From IMG/VR virus record IMGVR_UViG_3300042507_005574: a DNA stretch of 64,000 bases. One strand, given 5' to 3'. Below are positions 8,460 through 17,074 of this stretch, piece by piece. Position 1 is the first letter of the stretch; each line of letters starts with the position of its first letter. The stretch comes from a virus. The notes under the pieces were generated by a model. It saw nothing but the letters and a program-made list of their open reading frames with translations, was not told the DNA's origin and ran no database searches. The position numbers and the translations under genes were made by a program.

Positions 8460-9674
8460 ATGCTGTCATTTACACAATACAATCATGAGATAATCCAAGA
8501 GGAAACTGCTAGAAATAAACACTTGGATCATATCGAAGATTTGATGATCCTTTACGGACAAAAGGGATTAGATGACTCAATAGCATTCCTCAAGGATATA
8601 ATCGAAAGCCTAAAAACCGGAAATACTAGTTTGGGAGTTTCCACCAAATGGGATGGGAAGCCTGCAATCATTTGTGGCGAAAACCCTGATAATGGTAAAT
8701 TCTTCGTATCGACAAAGTCTGTTTTCGGTGCTAAAGAGCAAAAAGCATATCATACGGAGGCTGAACTTAAAAAATCTGGATTGCCTTCTGATTTGATTGA
8801 TAAGATGGCAGTGTGTTTGAAAATGCTTACTAAGGTTGGTATTGGCAAGAGAATTTTGCAAGGCGATTTGATGTTTACTGCCGATATGAAAAAGGCAGTA
8901 AATATCGATGGTAAGCCACATATAGGATTTCAGCCAAACACAATCATGTACGCTGTTCCAAAGAATAGTGATATTGGGTCGGCAATCTCTTCAGCAAAAT
9001 TAGGAATCGCATTTCATACTGAATATAAGGGAGACAGTCTGAAGTCTATTCAGGCAGTATCTTATAATTTCAATTCCAAGGTTTTAAAACAAACAAGTGA
9101 GGTTTGGGTAACAGATCCAAACATCTACGATCTCTCTCCTGCCCTTATGAAGGGCGGCGAATCAGAGATGGCAATCAGGATGCTCAAGGAATGCGAAGCC
9201 CTAGCATCTAAAGTGAGGCCGTTTATCAAGACTCTAATCGCACAGAAAGAGATAGCAGAAACTTATTTACTGCCTTATGTCAATAGTACAATCAATGGCG
9301 GAATGAGCAATTTCAATGCATCCAGTCTCAAACTAAACATCAAAGGTAAGTTTGAAAAGGACATAAATAAACTAAAAACCGACAAAGCCAAGCAAGCAAA
9401 AACTGAATTAATGCAGAAGCAATTAGATTTCGTTGATGCGTATTCAAAGCAGATCGATCAAATGTTTGAACTTCACAATAAAATTGCCAACATCAAAGAA
9501 ATTCTTTTGCGTAAACTGTATGCCATTTCAACCCTAGGTCATTTCTTCATGGATGAGAATGGAATTCGCCCAACAAATCCTGAAGGTATTGTAATCTATC
9601 GATCAGGATCGGTGATTAAACTAGTTAATCGTTTAGAATTTAGTAAACAAAACCGAATGGTGAATCAGAGGTAA
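8460..9674 (+). CDS. Conserved T4-like phage protein (DUF6267-like) with ligase/nucleotidyltransferase motifs; probable head-internal protein
   Basis: STKWDGKPA (KxDG, motif I), LQGDLMF (III), PEGIVI (IV), IKLVNRLEF (V). The N-terminus MLSFTQY...IQEE resembles a capsid-targeting sequence. Confidence 0.6.
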   Translation: MLSFTQYNHEIIQEETARNKHLDHIEDLMILYGQKGLDDSIAFLKDIIESLKTGNTSLGVSTKWDGKPAIICGENPDNGKFFVSTKSVFGAKEQKAYHTEAELKKSGLPSDLIDKMAVCLKMLTKVGIGKRILQGDLMFTADMKKAVNIDGKPHIGFQPNTIMYAVPKNSDIGSAISSAKLGIAFHTEYKGDSLKSIQAVSYNFNSKVLKQTSEVWVTDPNIYDLSPALMKGGESEMAIRMLKECEALASKVRPFIKTLIAQKEIAETYLLPYVNSTINGGMSNFNASSLKLNIKGKFEKDINKLKTDKAKQAKTELMQKQLDFVDAYSKQIDQMFELHNKIANIKEILLRKLYAISTLGHFFMDENGIRPTNPEGIVIYRSGSVIKLVNRLEFSKQNRMVNQR

Positions 9675-9675
9675 A

Positions 9676-12600
9676 ATGCTTAACTTCTCAGACCGCAATA
9701 ATCAGATTGATGAAGCGAAAAAAGATAGTGTAGTTTTTGCATTCGGTAGAATGAACCCACCAACTATCGGCCATAAGGTAGTTGTGGATAAAGTTCTAAG
9801 TGAAGCCGCAGCAAAGGGAGCAGATCATTTTATCTTTGTGTCTAAAACTCAGGACACCAAAAAAAATCCACTCAGTCAAAAGTCAAAGATCGATTATCTG
9901 AAGAAGTTGTTTCCGAAGGTTAAGTTTCCTTTTGGTAAATCGACAAATCCATTCGATACTGTTTTGTATCTCTGTGAACTAGGATATAAAAACATCTATG
10001 TGGTCACAGGAAGTGATCATGTTGCAGAATACAACCGTATTAAGGAATACAAAGGTAAAGTAGCGACAAACGATCCAAAAAAGCGGTCGTACTCATTTGA
10101 TAATCTTGAGGTCATAGTTGCAGGCAAGGCAAGAGTTAAAGTTACTCTTGATATGATAGATGATATGCTCAAGAAGGGTCAACAAGTTGATCCTATGTAC
10201 ATGTCTGCATCTCTTATGCGTGAAGCGGCATTTAAGGACCGATTTGATATATTCTCAATCGGCATTCCTGGAAATAAAACTCTTGCACAGAGTTTATGGA
10301 AAGATGTTCGTAAAGGTATGAGTTTGAAAGAGGACTTTGATCTTTTAAATGAGGCAACCAAAAAAGAGGATGTGACAATCATCGCTCTCACATCATCAGA
10401 AAAAGATTTGAGTGATACCATAGAAAAAACTGAAGCGATCTGCAAAAGGCGTAAGATAAAATTCTATCCTGTAAAAACAAGCAAAGCACAGGTAGAAATA
10501 TCAAATGTCGCTTCGAAGAAGATTACTATAAAGAACTACGATGGAGAGGGAAAAGATGTAACCATCGTTCCAGAGAACACAGTTGCAATCGTTCGTGGTG
10601 GTGTGATGAACACCGAAATTGGTGTAGCCATTATGACGATCTTACAGAATAATGGTGTGTTCATGGTAAACGAAAGAGCGGGTATGGAACTGTGTGCCAA
10701 TAAGTTGGAAACGGCTATCGCACTCAAGAAACACGGTTTGCCTCACCCACGCACGGCTTTCGTCGCAAATGAAGAGAATATCGAATCGGCTGTCAAGGAA
10801 GTCGGAGGTAAGTTTCCGATCATCTGTAAGACCCTTACAGGCGCAGAAGGAATCGGTGTGTCCAAAATTGAGAGCATGGAAAGTCTCAAGTCTGTGCTAC
10901 AGACATTATGGAAGTATGGTGCAGAGATCATCATCCAAGAGTTTCTTCCTGAATTCAAGAATGATGTTCGTAGCATAGTACTCAACGGGAAGATATTTGC
11001 ATGTGCCAAAAGAGACAAAGCACCTAAAGACTTCCGAACCAATATTGCCCGTGGCTCTAAGGGCGGATCACATCAATTGTCTGACGAAGAGATTAAACTA
11101 GTTGAGCAAGCCGCACGGGTCAGTAAATGTTTCTATGTTGGTATAGACCATGTTATCAACGATGGTAAGCCATACATCATTGAAATGAACGCAAGTCCAG
11201 GTAGTGGAAATATCTATTATCGTTACTATGAGGATGGCGAAGGTAAAGATAATGTTAAAGGTGAAGAACTTGTAGAAGACTTTGTGGAATACATTCTCAA
11301 CAAGGCACATTGGAAACTATTTTCGAATCTTGCTGTTCGTGAGAATGTTAAGGTCGATGGCAATGAATATACCGCAAAGATCGATACTGGAAATAGCGGT
11401 TACAATATGATTCATGCCGACAACATAAAAGATAATGGTGACCACACCGTTTCATTTAAGTTAGCAGACGGTAAGAAGATTACGAAGAAGATTGTCAGCA
11501 GAATCAAAGTTAAGAGTGGCATCGGGGAGAAAGAAAGAATTGTGGTTTTCATGGACATTGAGTTCCATGGTAAGAGATATCCGAACATCAAATTCAGCCT
11601 TGGTGACAGAAACCATATGTCAACCAAGGTTCTTCTTGGACTGAGATTCCTTGAGAAGACTGGCTATGTTGTTGATCCAGCAAACGCAATATATCCACAA
11701 CCAGATGTCAAGAAAAAAACATCAGGGGAAGAGGAAGAAGAAGAGGAACTATCTGAAAGTATCATTCCTAAAGGCAAAGCAAATATTGCGGGTGCCTTAT
11801 TTAAAGTGATGACCACTAAAGAAATGGTTGGGAAAATATTTGAACTATCCAAACTGTGGAAATCCAACTCAGTTGAGTTCAAGAAAAAACTACAGGATCT
11901 TGAGACAGAAATAGTGATTGACTACAATAAGTCTTTAGAAACGGGAGCAAAAACTGCTTTTTTTGTAGATAGATTCAAGTTACAGAGCATCATTGATAGG
12001 ATTTTGTATAAAATGCTTGATGTCGCTGGTGTAGATTTACAGACATATGTGGCTAAATTGTCTTCAGTATTTGGATCTCAATTAACCATGGGATATTCAA
12101 TCGACGGAGAATCAATACAAGAAGCCGATATTACTAAGGGGAAAAAATTCTACACGAAGAGTGGAAAGATTAAGGCATCCCCAAAAGATAAAAAGACTGG
12201 ATTGCCAAAGAAGTATGTCTCTGGATTATCGAAGCGAGAGGCTGAACTTCGAAAGAAGAGACTTGCAAAGCGTAAGGATATGTCAGATGACGATCCGAAG
12301 ACTTGGGAGTTTGTTAATCCTAGAGAAAAGAATATCAAGACTAAACCTTCGAAATATACGACTGCTTTCAAGAAACTTGCCAAAAAAGGTAAATTGAAGG
12401 TAGAAAACAAAAATGAAATAAGAGAGTCTCTTTCTGCTATTAAGGCATTTGAGAATCTTGATTATATGACGAGAATGAACAGAGCCATAATGCTTGAGCA
12501 AAAGGCGATTCAAAACGGTAAAACAGATTCCGCAAAAATTTACCGATCATTTATAGAATATGAAAAGGACTTAAGATATAGAAATTACAAAGTTGATTTA

Positions 12601-13389
12601 GATATATCTGAAGAAATAGAATCTCTTCTTTATGAGGTGAGTCCTCCATCTGGTCCTGCTCGTCGCTTTTCAAAGAAGGAAAAAATTAAAAAGCAGTTTC
12701 AGAAGAGATACGGTAAAGACTGGAAAAGAGTTTTCTACGCTACAGCATGGAAGATGCACGGAGAGGAAGTAGAGTCCACCCGATGGCTTAATGAATCGAA
12801 GAAGATCAATGCAACCATGCAATGGACTGCTATCGGTAAGAGGGGACCTCTTCTGATCGGCTCTGACGAAATCGTCAAGACCTACAAGAAAGACACCCCT
12901 GGTGAGCGGGAGCGATTGGGTGAAGATAAGCCTTGTTGGGTAGGGTTTAAACAATTGGGAATGAAGACAAAGAATGGAAAAAAAGTTCCTAATTGTGTGC
13001 CTGTGAAGGAAGATACTTCTGAAGAAGAGAAGTCTGCGCTTTACAAAGAGTGGCAGAAATTAGTGAATATGTCCGGCAAAGAAATACAAAGTTTTCTTGA
13101 CTCAGAAGAGGGTAAAGAGGCAGGACTATCACGAAAAGAAGCAGGCAAGGCAGGAGCAGATGGGGGTAAAATTACAAGTGGAAGAGATTCTGCCCGGGCC
13201 ATTATTCGTATGCTTGATACTCCCAAAGAGGACTGGACGGCAAATGATTGGAAATGGGCGAGTAAGCAAGTCAGTTTCATCAGTAGAATGCAAGGTGTGA
13301 AGGGCGGTATGAGGGATGAGAAAGGTCATCCAACCCGAAAACTTCTTGCTCTGAAAGTTTGGGGTCATAATCCGGAGAGGAAATCATGA
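9676..13389 (+). CDS. Multi-module protein: HxGH cytidyltransferase-like NTase + RimK-family ATP-grasp ligase + RimB-like (aspartic-type) protease + several small phage modules + C-terminal DUF3140-like domain
   Basis: NTase: FGRMNPPTIGH and MSASLMR (~9724-10320). RimK: CANKL, PRT, KTLTGAEGIGV, IIQEF, DFRTNIARG, GID, IEMNASPG (~10370-11310). Protease: AKIDTG...FSLGDR..M...VLLG (~11330-11690). Then a 7xE tract, PCWVG...VPNCVP, and VNMS...WGHNP at the C-terminus. Confidence 0.8.
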   Translation: MLNFSDRNNQIDEAKKDSVVFAFGRMNPPTIGHKVVVDKVLSEAAAKGADHFIFVSKTQDTKKNPLSQKSKIDYLKKLFPKVKFPFGKSTNPFDTVLYLCELGYKNIYVVTGSDHVAEYNRIKEYKGKVATNDPKKRSYSFDNLEVIVAGKARVKVTLDMIDDMLKKGQQVDPMYMSASLMREAAFKDRFDIFSIGIPGNKTLAQSLWKDVRKGMSLKEDFDLLNEATKKEDVTIIALTSSEKDLSDTIEKTEAICKRRKIKFYPVKTSKAQVEISNVASKKITIKNYDGEGKDVTIVPENTVAIVRGGVMNTEIGVAIMTILQNNGVFMVNERAGMELCANKLETAIALKKHGLPHPRTAFVANEENIESAVKEVGGKFPIICKTLTGAEGIGVSKIESMESLKSVLQTLWKYGAEIIIQEFLPEFKNDVRSIVLNGKIFACAKRDKAPKDFRTNIARGSKGGSHQLSDEEIKLVEQAARVSKCFYVGIDHVINDGKPYIIEMNASPGSGNIYYRYYEDGEGKDNVKGEELVEDFVEYILNKAHWKLFSNLAVRENVKVDGNEYTAKIDTGNSGYNMIHADNIKDNGDHTVSFKLADGKKITKKIVSRIKVKSGIGEKERIVVFMDIEFHGKRYPNIKFSLGDRNHMSTKVLLGLRFLEKTGYVVDPANAIYPQPDVKKKTSGEEEEEEELSESIIPKGKANIAGALFKVMTTKEMVGKIFELSKLWKSNSVEFKKKLQDLETEIVIDYNKSLETGAKTAFFVDRFKLQSIIDRILYKMLDVAGVDLQTYVAKLSSVFGSQLTMGYSIDGESIQEADITKGKKFYTKSGKIKASPKDKKTGLPKKYVSGLSKREAELRKKRLAKRKDMSDDDPKTWEFVNPREKNIKTKPSKYTTAFKKLAKKGKLKVENKNEIRESLSAIKAFENLDYMTRMNRAIMLEQKAIQNGKTDSAKIYRSFIEYEKDLRYRNYKVDLDISEEIESLLYEVSPPSGPARRFSKKEKIKKQFQKRYGKDWKRVFYATAWKMHGEEVESTRWLNESKKINATMQWTAIGKRGPLLIGSDEIVKTYKKDTPGERERLGEDKPCWVGFKQLGMKTKNGKKVPNCVPVKEDTSEEEKSALYKEWQKLVNMSGKEIQSFLDSEEGKEAGLSRKEAGKAGADGGKITSGRDSARAIIRMLDTPKEDWTANDWKWASKQVSFISRMQGVKGGMRDEKGHPTRKLLALKVWGHNPERKS

Positions 13390-13646
13390 AATATTACGAC
13401 AACCTAATTAAAAACATTAATGAGGCAAGAATTGCTGGATTGGAAAAGAAATCAAAACAAAGTGGAATTTCTTATGGAATTTTGAAACAAGTATTCGATA
13501 GAGGCATGGCTGCATGGAAAAGTGGACATAGACCTGGAACAACGCCTCAACAATGGGCTTTTGCCAGAGTTAATTCATTTATTGTTGGCGGCAAAACTCG
13601 TAGAACCGCAGATAAAGATTTGTGGAAAAAAGCAAAGGGCGGCTAA
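13386..13646 (+). CDS. Small basic protein, DUF5824-like C-terminal half
   Basis: GISYGILKQVFDRGMAAWKSGHRPG..QQWAFARVNSF...ADKDLW; CTS-like N-terminus MKYYDNLIKNINE. Confidence 0.6.
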   Translation: MKYYDNLIKNINEARIAGLEKKSKQSGISYGILKQVFDRGMAAWKSGHRPGTTPQQWAFARVNSFIVGGKTRRTADKDLWKKAKGG

Positions 13647-13648
13647 GA

Positions 13649-13655
13649 CTAAATA
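13649..13655 (+). promoter_or_regulatory. Late promoter CTAAATA
   Basis: Intergenic, 30 nt before ATG 13685. The motif recurs before many structural genes. Confidence 0.65.
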
Positions 13656-13684
13656 TTGATACCTAACTTCCCGGGGGAGAAAAA

Positions 13685-15337
13685 ATGGCAGTATTCTATT
13701 GGGTCGGCGGATATACAGGTTATACAGGTCCAGAAAGTGGATATAACACAACAGGTTCATATTGGACTAACTATGTTACGGGACTAACCACCTCGTATGG
13801 AGATGTATTTTATTCACCGTATGCATGGGATATTCGTCAAAACTGGAGGTTGGAGCACACTGGCCAACAACAACCTACTGATCCTGAAATTAGAGTGATT
13901 AGAGATTCAGTACCAACGAGATTACCTAAGGGTGGTGATGATGTCATCATAGGTGGAGTTGCTGCATATATTGGAACCGGACCTTATGGTGGGGGCAGCA
14001 CATCCTCAGGTGGAGCGTCTGGCGGTGGATCGGGACAGTTCTTAAGTTCACCATTAATATTTACGCCGAATATTGCACCGAATAATTTTTCACTTTTATT
14101 CGGAGGAATGTCTGGTGATGGAATCACCTCTGCCGGATTAACCGCTTGGAAAGAAGGCGGATCAACTAAACTGGCTTCATTTACAGTTAAACCATATTTC
14201 ACAAGACTTGATAAAACCATTAATTTTGGAGCATCTGGCAGCAGTATATCAATAAGAACGGGAGAGATTGGAAGTTGGGGACTCTCTTATTTGTGGGGAA
14301 ATTCAGTCCCTTCAGATTTTACTGGTGCCGCTCTTGGTAGAGCATTGACTCTTGTTAGTAATCCGATAAACTTAATTTTGGCTGATACTAACAACAACTG
14401 TTTTGTAAACAGATTACAATCTTCAAGAAGTGCAACGGGTGGAGCAGTTATTCATATCAAATCTATGAATTATGATGCTGGTTTTACTTCTGTAAGTTTT
14501 AATATGCACGGTAGATTTGGAGCAGGTTATACTGCTTCAGTTTGGGGGACAAATGAAACTTCTGCAATCAACCACTACTTAGTGCCAAGAGGAGAATGGG
14601 ACAGAGTATTGAATGATTGTGCAAATACAGAAATGAGTAATGTGGTCTGTAATTTTGTGAGGCACGGTGGATTCAGTTGGGATCGAGCGACGGGGTATTT
14701 CTCATCAGACAGAACTGCAAATATCAATGAATTTTTCATTTCATCAACTACAATAAATGGATCGAATAATAAAACTGGTGTTAATATAGAATGTTATGAA
14801 CAGGCGGCAGTTGGAAAGATTCTTGCTATAGGTTGGAGAAATCAAAGCCCAACTAACTGTATGACAATAGGAAATCTCGGTGGAATACCGTCAACAGTGA
14901 ATCAACTGTTAACTGTCTATACTGGAATCGGTATTTCAGGAAATCCTTATTTCGATTATCAATTTCCGCTAAACGCATGGAAAGAATCATATCCTTGGAG
15001 CATCAGTAATTGGTGGACTGGACCAATAGTAATGATAAGAAACTGTTTTGTGGAAGATCTAATTCATGGTGGTGGAGTGATCTTAGCAGATCCAAATTCG
15101 TCTGCGAATGATTATGTCATTCTGAAAGATGGCTTTATGGATTATCCGGCTCAAATAATATGCAAGAATTTTGAAAATCCTCAATGGAAAAATTTCTTAC
15201 TTGGATATTCCCCCAACTCAGACCTGGGAATTGGTGTAAGAACAAGAAATATTTCAAGTTCTTATTTAAACACTTACGCTAAACGGTATTTCATGATTCC
15301 GTATGATGGTCAAGGAACAACTATAACTAGAGACTGA
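13685..15337 (+). CDS. Putative virion structural protein (G/S/T-rich, beta-rich), paralogue of 15384-17045
   Basis: Shares YWVGG.TGYTG..SGY, PY.W....NWR, LP.GGDD and L.GGMSGDG.T blocks with the next gene; late promoter. Confidence 0.55.
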   Translation: MAVFYWVGGYTGYTGPESGYNTTGSYWTNYVTGLTTSYGDVFYSPYAWDIRQNWRLEHTGQQQPTDPEIRVIRDSVPTRLPKGGDDVIIGGVAAYIGTGPYGGGSTSSGGASGGGSGQFLSSPLIFTPNIAPNNFSLLFGGMSGDGITSAGLTAWKEGGSTKLASFTVKPYFTRLDKTINFGASGSSISIRTGEIGSWGLSYLWGNSVPSDFTGAALGRALTLVSNPINLILADTNNNCFVNRLQSSRSATGGAVIHIKSMNYDAGFTSVSFNMHGRFGAGYTASVWGTNETSAINHYLVPRGEWDRVLNDCANTEMSNVVCNFVRHGGFSWDRATGYFSSDRTANINEFFISSTTINGSNNKTGVNIECYEQAAVGKILAIGWRNQSPTNCMTIGNLGGIPSTVNQLLTVYTGIGISGNPYFDYQFPLNAWKESYPWSISNWWTGPIVMIRNCFVEDLIHGGGVILADPNSSANDYVILKDGFMDYPAQIICKNFENPQWKNFLLGYSPNSDLGIGVRTRNISSSYLNTYAKRYFMIPYDGQGTTITRD

Positions 15338-15383
15338 CAGAAATTAATATGAATCGAATAAATCAAATCAATCGGAGACAAAA

Positions 15384-17045
15384 ATGAACTACTACTGGGT
15401 TGGTGGACACACAGGATACACAGGTGCAAATAGTGGTTATAGTGGAGGGCTTTGGTTTAAACCCGGTTCAGTAACTGGCGGAATCACAGCCGGAGATCTA
15501 TACTTCGGACCTTATTCATGGGGTGTTGTAGAAAACTGGAGAGTCATTGAAATAAGTGATGCCATATCAGGTCTTGCTATTTATGGGATTCCAACGCAAC
15601 TGCCGCAGGGAGGTGATGATTCGGCATTCTTTGGAAAAGTTGTAAATGCTTACACTATTTCTGGAGATTCTACTGGAAGTTCTATACTAAATCCCCACAT
15701 GTATTCTTGCTTATATGGAGGTATGTCTGGAGATGGATTTACTGCATCTTCGGCAACTGGATGGGCAGGAAACAACGGAGCAGCAAGATTTCAGCCAATT
15801 GATATAAGAGTAGACAAATCATTTATTCCAGGAAGCACAACGGGTCTTCTTTTAACTGATTTAGGGAGAATAGGTGCGATTGGAATCACATCAGATAATC
15901 CTCTTCGGGTTTATCCTGGAAATACTGTTATATTTGAAAAGGCATCTGAAACTGTTGGTGCCAACATTTCTCTGAGAAGTATGTTCACTTCTAAGAGTGT
16001 TATTCAGAGTTATTCTAATGATTCTAGACTAAATCCATCTGTGGCACTTGCTTCGGATGGATCTCCTGATAATCCCGTAGTCAGTTTGGGAAGAAAATTA
16101 AAAGTAGACTTAAAGGGCGGATGGTCAAGAGTTCGCCAAGATGCAGGAACTCTAGTATTAGGACAGATGTTTACAACAAATCTTCCCGGTTATCCAGATG
16201 CGTTCGGAATAACATGGGCAAATCAACCAGCCAGTGTATTGGTTGATGGAAAAATTAGAAAATTCCTTGCTAAAGAAGATAGCAGCGTTCACTACTATAT
16301 GATTAAACCGGGATCTGTGCTTGAAGGTGTTGAGATTATTGGCAGATCTTCATTCCCTCTATCTGCAACTCATGGTCCTAATCCATCGATCATTAGAGTT
16401 TCAGGGTGGGCCGGTATGTCCGAACCTCTTTCTTCTACTGGTGGCTCAGGTAATGTAGGAACTCGTCCGCAAAATGGTATAATTTTAGGTAAAATTCCCA
16501 CAACCAACGGTCTGACTGCTGGATTACCTTTCTACATTGAAGATCTTCATATAGATAATTTCCTTAATAGTTCAGTTTTCGGAGGAACGCATCCGCCGAA
16601 TGTTTGGCTTGCAAATACTGAAATTAAAGAGTTTAAGGGAGTGGCGGGAAGAGCAATCCCCCTGACAAATGACCCCTATAACACTCCGAATAGAGTTCGC
16701 ATTAAGAATGGATTCTTGATGAATGGGTTTACTCTTGAAACTTCTGATGCATATATTGGTGCCCAAGATGGTCTTGTGAGTTTGGTAGTGGGTATCACAA
16801 ATACTTCAGGATTTAGCGGTGCCTACGCAACTGGAGTGGCTTCGAACATTGGACTCACGACAATAAGTGGTTCAATTTATGGTCTAAGATACGATAATGT
16901 ATCTCCTTTTGGAACTCAAGGTTTTCCTCCTGTTTGCACGATAACATATCCATCCTTCTTTGATGAAGGAATCATTGGGGCAACTGCATATGTCAGAACT
17001 TGGAATACAACATCACTTCAAAGACCCGCAAGTGATCCTGATTAA
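15384..17045 (+). CDS. Putative virion structural protein, paralogue of 13685-15337
   Basis: Same N-terminal blocks as the previous gene; RBS GGAG. Confidence 0.55.
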   Translation: MNYYWVGGHTGYTGANSGYSGGLWFKPGSVTGGITAGDLYFGPYSWGVVENWRVIEISDAISGLAIYGIPTQLPQGGDDSAFFGKVVNAYTISGDSTGSSILNPHMYSCLYGGMSGDGFTASSATGWAGNNGAARFQPIDIRVDKSFIPGSTTGLLLTDLGRIGAIGITSDNPLRVYPGNTVIFEKASETVGANISLRSMFTSKSVIQSYSNDSRLNPSVALASDGSPDNPVVSLGRKLKVDLKGGWSRVRQDAGTLVLGQMFTTNLPGYPDAFGITWANQPASVLVDGKIRKFLAKEDSSVHYYMIKPGSVLEGVEIIGRSSFPLSATHGPNPSIIRVSGWAGMSEPLSSTGGSGNVGTRPQNGIILGKIPTTNGLTAGLPFYIEDLHIDNFLNSSVFGGTHPPNVWLANTEIKEFKGVAGRAIPLTNDPYNTPNRVRIKNGFLMNGFTLETSDAYIGAQDGLVSLVVGITNTSGFSGAYATGVASNIGLTTISGSIYGLRYDNVSPFGTQGFPPVCTITYPSFFDEGIIGATAYVRTWNTTSLQRPASDPD

Positions 17046-17051
17046 TCTTGA

Positions 17052-17058
17052 CTAAATA
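17052..17058 (+). promoter_or_regulatory. Late promoter CTAAATA
   Basis: Intergenic, 17 nt before ATG 17075. Confidence 0.65.
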
Positions 17059-17074
17059 CAATTAAAGGACAAAA

